Shown one piece after another: positions 18,939 to 28,415 of a DNA stretch of 64,000 nt. Origin of the DNA: a virus. The notes under the pieces were generated by a model, which was given only the letters and a program-made list of their open reading frames with translations, searched no databases and had not been told where the DNA came from. The DNA lies in the IMG/VR virus record IMGVR_UViG_640427134_000001, positions 29,660 through 93,659 of that record. One strand, given 5' to 3'. The translations under genes and the position numbers were made by a program. Position 1 is the first letter of the stretch. Every line of letters begins with the position of its first letter.

Positions 18939-19535
18939 TTACGATTTTACAGTAGGATAAGGATTATTCACTAGGGGGCTAACATCCGTTTGCATTTGCC
19001 ATACGAAGTAAACAAAAATCACTATAACAGCTAGAAAACAAAGTAGACTAAGATTTTTAGCTATTTTAGTGAACCATAACTCTTCAGAATATATAGCATT
19101 TGCTTTGTATTTCTTTTCACCTCCCAATAGTAAGTAGTATCTTTGAACCTGTAGCTTATAGCCCAAATCCTTAGTATTGATTACGTCTGTATATAGGTAA
19201 ATAGCACCAAATACGATACCCAGTGCGTTTACGGATATGGCGATTTTTAATAAAATTAGCTGATCTAATGATAGTGACGACCTATCAGGCATTTGAGTGA
19301 TAATAACTGAAAAAACACCAGCTGCTATCACAATAAGCCATTTCATCCACTCATTATCTTGCTGTTTTGCTAAATTATTTTGCTTAACAATTTCTCTTTC
19401 GAGTTCGTCAAGGTAATGCTTTAACAGTTGATATTTATATAAAAATTCCTCGCTAAGATCATTGTCAAGTTTACTTTCTAACTCATCTTGCAGAAGCTTA
19501 AATTCTTGCTTGCTCGTTAATTTTTTCGGACTCAT
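18939..19535 (-). CDS. Membrane protein of unknown function
   Basis: Several hydrophobic segments; coupled to the upstream ORF. Confidence 0.6.
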   Translation of the reverse strand: MSPKKLTSKQEFKLLQDELESKLDNDLSEEFLYKYQLLKHYLDELEREIVKQNNLAKQQDNEWMKWLIVIAAGVFSVIITQMPDRSSLSLDQLILLKIAISVNALGIVFGAIYLYTDVINTKDLGYKLQVQRYYLLLGGEKKYKANAIYSEELWFTKIAKNLSLLCFLAVIVIFVYFVWQMQTDVSPLVNNPYPTVKS

Positions 19536-19762
19536 GATTCTTTCTCATCAACTTCTGAACTTACATAGCTAATAGTCTCTGAAGGTGTCTCTTTTTTCCT
19601 TGGTCCACTAACCAAGATGAGCCCCCAGATTCTTTGTAGTCTGCTATTTTCTAACATGGTATAAGCAGTTACACAAAGTTTAGGAAAGTCTCGTAGTAAG
19701 TCGTGCTGCATCCGATAACGTCTACCGTCGTACATTGTTCGCAGCATTAATATCACAGTCAT
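19532..19762 (-). CDS. Hypothetical protein
   Basis: 76-aa ORF directly downstream of the tape-measure-like gene. Confidence 0.5.
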   Translation of the reverse strand: MTVILMLRTMYDGRRYRMQHDLLRDFPKLCVTAYTMLENSRLQRIWGLILVSGPRKKETPSETISYVSSEVDEKES

Positions 19763-19774
19763 AGTGAGTTAAAA

Positions 19775-22726
19775 CTAACCCCAATACCTACCTTCACCCA
19801 ACCCTCCCGTAATCGCATGTGCAAGCCCTCTATCTGAAACATTTTGACCTATATTATCATTATTAGACTGAACTATGATAGGCTTGTCCAGACCACCACC
19901 TGCCAGCGGCAATTTAAACGAAGGCATTTCAGGGATGTTAAGCACATTTTTTAGTATTGACGCGCCCAAATCGAGGCCTATTGACTGGCTGGCTGGTAGG
20001 TAGGCTGGCGTGTTACCTACAACAAAGTTATTGGCCAAGCCGCCAACATTAACACCTAACACACTGTTAGTTGTTTTGGTTTTTTGTTGAACCGACTGAA
20101 CCGCTGTATTATTGTAGATACCCTCTGCAATTTTCGCACGCTCTCTCTTTTCAGCCTCAACTGCACCTGGTCGCTCGTAGTGCTCTGACACAATAGCCCC
20201 GGACTGGCCTGCTGTTTTGGCTTGTTTTAGCTTATTACCAGCCGCCTTCTCTTTACCCTTCGTTAGCTCATACTGAATAAAAGCTAACTGCTCTTCGAAC
20301 GACGCTTGCTGTACTGACTTACCCATAGTGCTACGGAAGTCTGCAAGCCTGCTATCTCGCCATTGAGCTAAGCCATGTGCCCTATATACACCGTTTTTAT
20401 CTTTATCCCCTTGAGCTCTAGGGTCGAACCTACTTTCTTTTTGGATGTTAGCGACAATACCAGCGGCTTGCTGCTTAGTCCAACCTTGAGACATGAAGTA
20501 TTGCATAGCCTGATCACGTCTAGTCTTTTCACTTTGTGAAGTTAGTCTGCTCGAACTAACATCAACTGCACCGCCGCCGCTTAACTGGCCTCTAAGCTCT
20601 TTGTAAGGATCAACTACTGTTACCCCAAATTGACGGCCATTAAGGTTTTTGACGTACTCGCTAAGCTCTGTTTTTCTTACACCGCTTTTACCATCCTTGC
20701 CTTTAGCTGATGTAGATTCAGAAACGTATTTAACGCCGTTTTCTTCAATGATCTGCACAATATGACCGATGTCTTTGTATCTGCCTTCTTTTTTTGCATG
20801 CTCCCCACGTGACTCACCGATAACCATGCCAGCCTGCAACTTATTGATATCTAGTTGAGCCCAGCTGTTTGCTGTGGCTACCAGGTGCCCTTTCTTTTCC
20901 TCTGACTGAATAATACCGGCTGCACCATTGCCTGCATTAATACGAGCACGTTTAGCCGCCTCTGGCCCTAGCTGATCTTCAATCTGTCTTACGGTATCTT
21001 TGTTTAATTGATCAACCCAGCCTGAACAATCAATAACACCGCCGCTAAAGTTTTTAGCACCCATTTTATAGGTTACGCCGTCTTTGGCTGATGTTAACCC
21101 TGAACCAAAATCAACCTTCCAGCCGCCCGAACCATTACCACCGCCAAAAAAGCTACCAAACCCATCGCCCATTCTTGATAGCCACGACTTCATGCCGCTG
21201 GCCGCCTCGCTTAGCTTAGAAAAGACCGGTGCCAACCCACTTTCCCACTTAGTTTGCATTTTTTGAGGTAAGTTATAAGCCTTAACGCTATCGGTCCATG
21301 ACTTGATATGAGGCGAAGCTGTACTGCCTAAAACCTCGCCGCCCTCGTTACCTAGCCAGCCACCCACGGCCGCCCCAATGGCGGTACCTACCACCGGAAT
21401 TGGTATCAATGCCGTACCAAGTGCTCCACCAGCAACGGCACCGACACTACCGCCTGCCAGGCCACCTACATTTTCTGACTTCTCTTTGTGGTCACGCTCT
21501 TTCCACTGGCCAATCAAGTTGCCCAAGCCAACCGCCGTCGCTAACGGCCCTAAAACTTTAGCACTACCAACTACTTTGGCTGCCTTCTTGACACCCTCAC
21601 TGCCAATCTTGCCAGCGCCTAAAACAGCCGCGCCAGCTCCACCAGCCAAGATAGACCTAATACCCTTGCTTTTATCTTTACCTCCTTTACGGCCCTTATC
21701 CTTGCCTTTGCCTTTACCCCTGCCACCACCTAAAACACCTAAGCCACGACCCAACTTACCTAGCAGTGAACCTTCACTGTCTGGCATTCTCTTTAGGATC
21801 TCACCTAGCGTTTCCTCGTTCTGCTTATTGTGTCTTGCCTGATCCTTTGGCAATGGCTCTTTACGCTTTAAGCTTTTGTATTTAGAGAATGAAAACCTGC
21901 CAGCCCTTAAAGCTGCCTTGCCAGCCGCGCCGCCCATCTTGCCAGCTTTCGTGGCCATATTAAAAATAGGCGATGCAATGTCTTTTACCTCGTTCGCCGA
22001 GGCAATCAACGGATCAATGTTTTGAGCACCGCCATAACTGCCATAGCCTGTACGGCCACTCTTGGCTATTTTAGATAATGAGTCAAATAGCGTTTTTTCT
22101 TTGGCTGTAAAACGGCCTAGCTCGTCACGATCGCTTTCTTTTTGCTTCTTCTCACGCCCATTTTTGCCAGTAGGATTGTTTGCCTTACGTGTTGCACCAG
22201 GTACGCTGCCAGCGGCGTTATTTGCCGCTTCTGGGCTCTGACCTCTACCAGCACTTGATCTATTGGCACCGCTTGAGCCGCTATCGCTTTGATTGTTAGC
22301 TCTATTGGCCAGCGTTGAACCTGATTTGACTTTAGCGCTTGAGGTGACATTACTAAGCGTGTCGCTGCTCTTTTTACCAGCGGCCCTTGCCTCTTTTTGG
22401 GCTGGCTGGCTTGCACTACTTAATTTCTGCCTGTGTTGTTGCTTTGACTGCGCCTGGCCTTGCATGCTTGGCTGGCTGGCATCATTACGCCCTAGGCTTG
22501 TGGGATCGTAAGTAGGCACCACGCCCTTAATACGCATAGACTTTTTGTTAGCTATGCGCTCATTAGATTTAGCTATGCGGTTTAATACCGTTTGGTTGAT
22601 CTGATTTTGTGATTTTAGTATCTGTATGATTTCTTGGGTATCTTCACCAATGGATTTAATGCCGCTTTCTAGCCGCTTGGTACCAACGATGAAGCCTTGA
22701 TCATCATAGTTAAGATAAGTTGCCAT
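19775..22726 (-). CDS. Tape-measure / Sit-like virion protein with two peptidoglycan hydrolase domains
   Basis: Gly/Ala-rich hydrophobic stretch, NlpC/P60-like YKMG...DCSG...HI domain, and phage tail lysozyme domain (AAGIVANIQKES...GLAQW...EQLAFIQYEL...YERP). Confidence 0.75.
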   Translation of the reverse strand: MATYLNYDDQGFIVGTKRLESGIKSIGEDTQEIIQILKSQNQINQTVLNRIAKSNERIANKKSMRIKGVVPTYDPTSLGRNDASQPSMQGQAQSKQQHRQKLSSASQPAQKEARAAGKKSSDTLSNVTSSAKVKSGSTLANRANNQSDSGSSGANRSSAGRGQSPEAANNAAGSVPGATRKANNPTGKNGREKKQKESDRDELGRFTAKEKTLFDSLSKIAKSGRTGYGSYGGAQNIDPLIASANEVKDIASPIFNMATKAGKMGGAAGKAALRAGRFSFSKYKSLKRKEPLPKDQARHNKQNEETLGEILKRMPDSEGSLLGKLGRGLGVLGGGRGKGKGKDKGRKGGKDKSKGIRSILAGGAGAAVLGAGKIGSEGVKKAAKVVGSAKVLGPLATAVGLGNLIGQWKERDHKEKSENVGGLAGGSVGAVAGGALGTALIPIPVVGTAIGAAVGGWLGNEGGEVLGSTASPHIKSWTDSVKAYNLPQKMQTKWESGLAPVFSKLSEAASGMKSWLSRMGDGFGSFFGGGNGSGGWKVDFGSGLTSAKDGVTYKMGAKNFSGGVIDCSGWVDQLNKDTVRQIEDQLGPEAAKRARINAGNGAAGIIQSEEKKGHLVATANSWAQLDINKLQAGMVIGESRGEHAKKEGRYKDIGHIVQIIEENGVKYVSESTSAKGKDGKSGVRKTELSEYVKNLNGRQFGVTVVDPYKELRGQLSGGGAVDVSSSRLTSQSEKTRRDQAMQYFMSQGWTKQQAAGIVANIQKESRFDPRAQGDKDKNGVYRAHGLAQWRDSRLADFRSTMGKSVQQASFEEQLAFIQYELTKGKEKAAGNKLKQAKTAGQSGAIVSEHYERPGAVEAEKRERAKIAEGIYNNTAVQSVQQKTKTTNSVLGVNVGGLANNFVVGNTPAYLPASQSIGLDLGASILKNVLNIPEMPSFKLPLAGGGLDKPIIVQSNNDNIGQNVSDRGLAHAITGGLGEGRYWG

Positions 22727-22761
22727 GATAAAGCCTTATAAATACTGTACGTGTGGCTTGA

Positions 22762-22801
22762 ATTATGGCATTGCTGGCGGGTTGTGGGCTTTGAGTGTTC
22801 C
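22762..22801 (-). promoter_or_regulatory. Putative late promoter (GGAACAC-N27-CATAAT)
   Basis: GTGTTCC 22795-22801 and ATTATG 22762-22767 on +. Confidence 0.68.
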
Positions 22802-22808
22802 TAGAGGC

Positions 22809-23507
22809 TTAAATTTGCCCAAATAACATTACGCTATGTATTAATGAAGGACCTACGAGCACCATAAATAATCCGGCTAAAATCATTGTTAAACTTGCTA
22901 TAACGCCTTCATCCTCATTGCGCTGACTTGCACGGGCTGTACCAAAACCGTGTGATGCATTACCAAATGCGATTCCATTTGCAAAATGGGAGCGAATACG
23001 GAAAAAAGTCAAAATCATATCCCCTAAAATCATTCCCACCATCCCTGTAATCAAAGTAAATAATGAAACTAAAGAGGAAGATCCGTGAATTTTTTCAGAT
23101 AAGTCTAACGCAAATGGTGTCGATATTGAACGGGCCATCAAGCTATAGGTCAAGGTCTCATCAAAATTGAATAAGCCGGCAAATATATATATGCTTAAGA
23201 CTCCCACCACCATTCCAACAATTATAGAAGCGCCCAAAGCCAAAGCATTTTGACGTATTAAACGACGATACTCGTAAATAGGTATAGCAAAAGCAACCGT
23301 TGCGGGGACAAGTAACTGTACAATCCAAGCTGTATCCTCCCAATATGTATCATAAGAGATATTAAAAAAAATCATTAATGAAAGCGTTATTACTGGAACC
23401 GTGATAGCAGGATTTAGCCAAGATTTTCGATGGCGTAAATAAATTACTTTGGCTATATAATAAGCAGCTAATGTCCAAATTAGACAAAGGATTGACCAAG
23501 TATTCAT
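22809..23507 (-). CDS. lrgB: LrgB/CidB family membrane protein
   Basis: ATVAFAIPIY, RSISTPFAL, G.ASHGFGTARA and EG.IASL.M motifs. Confidence 0.9.
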   Translation of the reverse strand: MNTWSILCLIWTLAAYYIAKVIYLRHRKSWLNPAITVPVITLSLMIFFNISYDTYWEDTAWIVQLLVPATVAFAIPIYEYRRLIRQNALALGASIIVGMVVGVLSIYIFAGLFNFDETLTYSLMARSISTPFALDLSEKIHGSSSLVSLFTLITGMVGMILGDMILTFFRIRSHFANGIAFGNASHGFGTARASQRNEDEGVIASLTMILAGLFMVLVGPSLIHSVMLFGQI

Positions 23508-23516
23508 CGCAAATCC

Positions 23517-24008
23517 TCACACATTATCATCATTTTTTAGGTTTAAATGGGCTTTATGAATCTGATGACGATACAGTCTCCGCTGCAAACGACGCACCAT
23601 GATAAAAGTTAATGCTGAGCTTAACATCACCATCGCGGTACTCAAGATAATGGTCAGCATTAATTGCCATCCTTTACTGACAAACAACTCCTTATATTGA
23701 AGTATTGACATCATAAGCGGGATGAACATTAATACTAATTCGCCCAAAACAAATTTTGCTCCCACTCTGACCCAGCTAACCTTAATAGCACCGCTCATTA
23801 ATAATATCAGCATTAAAAACATTCCCAATAGGCCTGAGGATAAAGGTAGATGCAATAATTCAACTAATATCTCGGCACAATACCAAACCGCTGCGATAAT
23901 AACGCATTGTATAAGCACATAAAGCCAGGATTGACCATAGAACCTTTGAAGTGCCAGTTTTGTTTTAGCTAAAAAACAGGGGGATAGACGAAGATTAAGA
24001 TTACGCAT
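23517..24008 (-). CDS. cidA: CidA/LrgA family holin-like protein
   Basis: LP..LLGM.L.L.LL and ELVLMFIP motifs; upstream of lrgB. Confidence 0.88.
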   Translation of the reverse strand: MRNLNLRLSPCFLAKTKLALQRFYGQSWLYVLIQCVIIAAVWYCAEILVELLHLPLSSGLLGMFLMLILLMSGAIKVSWVRVGAKFVLGELVLMFIPLMMSILQYKELFVSKGWQLMLTIILSTAMVMLSSALTFIMVRRLQRRLYRHQIHKAHLNLKNDDNV

Positions 24009-24143
24009 AATAGTTGCTGTTTGTTAACTCGACACCCCTTATTATAAAAATACTATAGCCATAAATTATGAATTATATTTTTATTTTTATTCTTAATTTA
24101 TATAATAAACTTCGTTCTTTCTCCTAAATGTGGTCTATTATTT

Positions 24144-25025
24144 ATGATAACTTTGAAGCAATTACGCTGCTTTGTGACAGTTGTAAAAACAGGTGGGTTT
24201 CTTCAGGCTAGTATCCAACTCAATCTAACCCAACCCACCGTTACCAAATCTATCACTAGTCTTGAAGAATATTTAGGTGTAGCTCTATTTGATAAGCCGT
24301 TAACTCATAGAAAACGGCTAGTTAATTTAACGGAAATTGGCGAGCACCTTTATATTCAAGCAGTTGATATATTACAAAAGGCAGATAATCTTGAACAAAC
24401 AGTATTAGATTACCAACAATTAAAAGGCGGTAAGTTGCGTTTGGGGATCTCACCGTTAGGCAGTGAAATATTAAGCGAAGCTATTTTTAACTTCTACCAA
24501 ATGCATCCTAGTATAGATATTTCACTTATCGAAGATGGAGCTGAATCACTTAAGGATGCCCTCTTACAAGGGCAGCTGGATGTGGCAACATTGATGAAGC
24601 CGATTGACGATGATTTTGACTATTTTTCGATATGTAGCTATCCAGTGATGGTCGTAGCAAATAAAAAACGTATGGGGAAACAAAAAACCAAGGTAACACT
24701 TAAATCACTATCAAATGCACCTTTAATCTTATTTACCTCTAATTCATCATTTACCCCGATGATTATACAAAACTGTCAAGCATTAGGTTTTGAACCTAAT
24801 ATTATTTGCCAAACTAATCAGTGGCACTTACTTATTGACATGGTAAAACAGGATATGGGCGTAACTCTTTTACCTCAATATTATACTCAAAAACTGGATT
24901 TAACAGAGTTAGTCTGCTTGCCCCTCACCCAGCCTCAGTTAAAATGGGAGCTTGTGATGGCTTGGCGTCGTCATCGCTTGCTTACACCGAGTATGCGAGC
25001 ATGGCTAGATGAACTTATTCGGTAG
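24144..25025 (+). CDS. LysR-family regulator (CidR-like), divergent from cidAB
   Basis: LysR HTH (LRCFVTVV...F..AS..L..TQP.VTK.I..LE) and substrate-binding domain. Confidence 0.9.
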   Translation: MITLKQLRCFVTVVKTGGFLQASIQLNLTQPTVTKSITSLEEYLGVALFDKPLTHRKRLVNLTEIGEHLYIQAVDILQKADNLEQTVLDYQQLKGGKLRLGISPLGSEILSEAIFNFYQMHPSIDISLIEDGAESLKDALLQGQLDVATLMKPIDDDFDYFSICSYPVMVVANKKRMGKQKTKVTLKSLSNAPLILFTSNSSFTPMIIQNCQALGFEPNIICQTNQWHLLIDMVKQDMGVTLLPQYYTQKLDLTELVCLPLTQPQLKWELVMAWRRHRLLTPSMRAWLDELIR

Positions 25026-25034
25026 GAAATTAGG

Positions 25035-28000
25035 TCACAAGTCAATTGATTGCGCTAGCATGTCATAAATAATACTTGAGAACTTATTATGTGCATCTTT
25101 GTCAGATAATATATGCATCATCATCTTCTCATGTGCTTCTCTGCTATCAATCATAGCGTCATCGATTGCTATCGGGAAGTCGCCTAACATGGCCTGGTCC
25201 TTTGTGTTGTTACGTACTTGACTCATAACAATCTCACTTTCTGCCATTTTGTCTCGAATGGTTTGTGCGTAATTTACCAAGTCATCTTCAGTGAACCCTT
25301 CCCCTGCAAAGATATCATTCAGCTGACGGATAATTTCAGAGAGATAGTCATCTTTCTTGTCCTTCGGTGTGGCTGTACCAAGTCCGCTGGCAGGTTCTAA
25401 TTGATTGTCCTCCGAGTGCTCTTGCAGCTTTAAATCTTGCTGTTTGAGCTTAGACACACGGTAATGTGTCATTTCAATATTACTAAGGTCGATCTCATCA
25501 TCAAGATTAAAATCCTCACGTAACAGTGGCAGCAAATGACGGGCATATAGACTTAGTTTCTCTAAATCTCGGTCATCATAGTCTACGATCTGGGACATAA
25601 ACTCATAGAAGCGAGCAAAGCTGCCTAAGTCCTTCTTAAACAATACCAATTCATCTTTAGCCTTCTTGGCCTCTTTGAAGTCATTATCTGCATTACCAAT
25701 GAGTACTGCATCATTGGTCGCCTTAGTACGCTCTAATATAGCTTTGGTACGCTTTACATCCTCACTAGCTCGCTGATACTGATGTCGCCAACGCTCAACG
25801 GCTGGCTTACAGATATTACTAATAGCAGCATTGCTTTTATTCTTGCTATAAAAAGCGTCTGCTAGGTTATCGACTTCGTGCCATTTAATAATATCACTGG
25901 CTCTTATCTTCTCAAACAGATCAAAGACCTTGTCAGGGTCTGTCACATCAGCAAGCTCTGCTGTCTCATAATACGGCTGGAAGGCGGCTAAGATATCTTC
26001 AGGGTCATTAAAGAAATCGAGCACAAAAGTCCCCGTCTCTTTTTTACCAGGATAGATACGGTTAAGTCGGGATAATGTCTGTACACAGTCAACACCTGCC
26101 AGCTTCTTATCAACGTACATAGCGCATAGTTTAGGTTGGTCAAAGCCAGTCTGAAACTTGTTGGCCACCAACATCACTTGATAGTCATCACTATCAAAGG
26201 CTTTACGCATATCACGGCCTTTCAAGTCTGGGTTCATATTAGATTCAGTGAAGCTTTCACCCAGTAGTCCACTGCTGTCAGGATCAGACTCGTTAAACTC
26301 GACCTCACCTGAGAAAGCCACCATAGCGTTGATGTCCTTATACCCATGTTCTAATACGTATTTATCAAACGCCAGCTTATAACGAACCGCTTCTTTACGA
26401 GAGCCTGTAACTACCATCGCTTTGGCTTGCCCACCTAGCAAGCCTTTAATATTCTCATTAAAGTGCTCAATAATGATTTTAACCTTTTGCGAGATATTAT
26501 AATCATGCAGGCGTACCCATTGATTGAGTTTAATTTTGGCACGCTTAGCATCGACTTCTTGGTCTTTAGCCAGTTTTTGATTGAGCTGATACACCACTTT
26601 ATAGCTGGTGTAGTTTTTGAGTACATCTAAGATAAAGCCTTCTTCAATGGCTTGGCGCATAGAATACACATGATACGCTTCAGGCTTGTTGTCTTTTGAG
26701 GCTGGCAGGTTTGGGTTAGGTAAGCGTCCAAATAGCTCTAAGGTCTTAGACTTAGGGGTAGCGGTAAATGCATAGTAGCTTAGGTTGTCACTACCACGAC
26801 GAGCGGTAATGGTCGCATCTAGCATATCTTCAGCAGACAATCCTCTATCAACATGCTCTTCAAAGTTATCTCTGAGCTCATCACTGGCTGTTGGACTGGC
26901 AATAAGGACTTCTTTTAGCTTACGTGCGGTAGTCCCCGACTGAGAGGAGTGAGCCTCATCCGCGATAATGGCATAGCGTCGCTCTTTTAATACGCTAGAG
27001 TCTTCAATAGCTTTAAGCACATAAGGGAAGGTTTGAATAGTAACAATGATAATAGGCTGAGAGCTCATCAAAGCTTCAGCAAGCTTCTCAGATTTTGACC
27101 CCTCACCTTCTTTGCGGTTAATACGACCGACGACCCCATCAGCATGTTCAAACTGATAAATAGTATCTTGTAGCTGGTCATCTAGCACCGTTCTATCAGT
27201 CACAACGATAACCGAGTCAAACAGCTTAGTGCCTGCATCGTTGTATAGCGTTGATAGTTGGTGCGCTGTCCAAGCAATCGAGTTGGATTTACCTGAGCCG
27301 GCACTGTGCTGAATTAGGTAGCGGTTTTCAACCTTCTTGTTTAAGTTCGGATTGTCTTGTTTGGCGTGTCTGACTTTATCTTGCTTAACCGCATCTTCAA
27401 CCAGATTAGTCACTACGTCCCACTGGTGATAGCGCGGAAATATCATGGTCTCTTTTTTGGTTCTGCGGCCAAGCGCATCTTCTTTGTCTTCTATCTGTAG
27501 GTGCATAAAGCGACCTAAGATATTAAGCAGGTTATCGGTACTTAATACCTCATTCCAAAGATAGTCGGTGGCGTAGCGGTTATGATCTTGCGGTATGTCG
27601 TTACCTGCACCACCATCACGAGTACCTTTGTTAAAAGGTAGAAAGAACGTATCGTCACCTGCCAGCTTGGTGGTCATAAACACATCATACTGACTGACAG
27701 CAAAATGAACCAAAGCACCACGCTTAAAGCTTAGTAGTGGTTCAGGCTTTTTGCTGGCAGGATCAACAGGTAGTCTGTCACGCTTATATTGTAGCTTGGC
27801 GTTTTCAACAGCTTGCTTAAACTCAGATTTAAGCTCCATTGTGACCACAGGCAAACCATTCACAAACAACACCAGATCAATGCGGTGACGCTTAGCTGAC
27901 TTAGTATTACCAGTCGCTTCATCAACCTCTTTGTGACTTAGGTGAGCGCTGTAGACCACTTCAGGTACAACACGGCAGATATTGCCTTCATAACGTGCTA

Positions 28001-28373
28001 GCACTTCAGGGTTTAAGCTGTGTTCTGGCTTAAACTGGCATAAACTAAATCGAGTATTACGAACCTTTAAACCATGACGAAGAACACCCAAAGTGCCGTA
28101 AGTACGTGAGGCTCTATCTGTCGCTTGCTCACTGGCTTTACCTAACTGCTTCACCAGCTGCTTAATAAACTGAACCTCTGGGTCTTGCGGAAACAGACGA
28201 CAAAACTTATCCCATTCATCAGGCTGGGTACGCTGTACATAATCAAGCGCATCACGCTCATACAAGGCGGTGTCACGATGGTAACCAGTGGCAGTACCTT
28301 GCACCCAGCCATTAGCTACCATTTCTTTGATGATGTCGTTTTGAAAAGTTAATTCACGAGTTATGTCCGTCAT
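25035..28373 (-). CDS. hsdR: Type I restriction endonuclease subunit R
   Basis: IDLVLFVNGLP...ELK nuclease motif, HSAGSGKS, DEAHS and FQTGFDQP motifs. Confidence 0.95.
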   Translation of the reverse strand: MTDITRELTFQNDIIKEMVANGWVQGTATGYHRDTALYERDALDYVQRTQPDEWDKFCRLFPQDPEVQFIKQLVKQLGKASEQATDRASRTYGTLGVLRHGLKVRNTRFSLCQFKPEHSLNPEVLARYEGNICRVVPEVVYSAHLSHKEVDEATGNTKSAKRHRIDLVLFVNGLPVVTMELKSEFKQAVENAKLQYKRDRLPVDPASKKPEPLLSFKRGALVHFAVSQYDVFMTTKLAGDDTFFLPFNKGTRDGGAGNDIPQDHNRYATDYLWNEVLSTDNLLNILGRFMHLQIEDKEDALGRRTKKETMIFPRYHQWDVVTNLVEDAVKQDKVRHAKQDNPNLNKKVENRYLIQHSAGSGKSNSIAWTAHQLSTLYNDAGTKLFDSVIVVTDRTVLDDQLQDTIYQFEHADGVVGRINRKEGEGSKSEKLAEALMSSQPIIIVTIQTFPYVLKAIEDSSVLKERRYAIIADEAHSSQSGTTARKLKEVLIASPTASDELRDNFEEHVDRGLSAEDMLDATITARRGSDNLSYYAFTATPKSKTLELFGRLPNPNLPASKDNKPEAYHVYSMRQAIEEGFILDVLKNYTSYKVVYQLNQKLAKDQEVDAKRAKIKLNQWVRLHDYNISQKVKIIIEHFNENIKGLLGGQAKAMVVTGSRKEAVRYKLAFDKYVLEHGYKDINAMVAFSGEVEFNESDPDSSGLLGESFTESNMNPDLKGRDMRKAFDSDDYQVMLVANKFQTGFDQPKLCAMYVDKKLAGVDCVQTLSRLNRIYPGKKETGTFVLDFFNDPEDILAAFQPYYETAELADVTDPDKVFDLFEKIRASDIIKWHEVDNLADAFYSKNKSNAAISNICKPAVERWRHQYQRASEDVKRTKAILERTKATNDAVLIGNADNDFKEAKKAKDELVLFKKDLGSFARFYEFMSQIVDYDDRDLEKLSLYARHLLPLLREDFNLDDEIDLSNIEMTHYRVSKLKQQDLKLQEHSEDNQLEPASGLGTATPKDKKDDYLSEIIRQLNDIFAGEGFTEDDLVNYAQTIRDKMAESEIVMSQVRNNTKDQAMLGDFPIAIDDAMIDSREAHEKMMMHILSDKDAHNKFSSIIYDMLAQSIDL

Positions 28374-28415
28374 GTTTAGTCCATAGATTTCTGTTTATTA
28401 ACACCCTAATTTATT

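Noticed and set aside
22809-24008. cidAB as the phage's main holin lysis cassette
   Set aside because: No endolysin or spanin is adjacent and the pair has its own divergent LysR regulator; canonical lysis genes may be outside the window.
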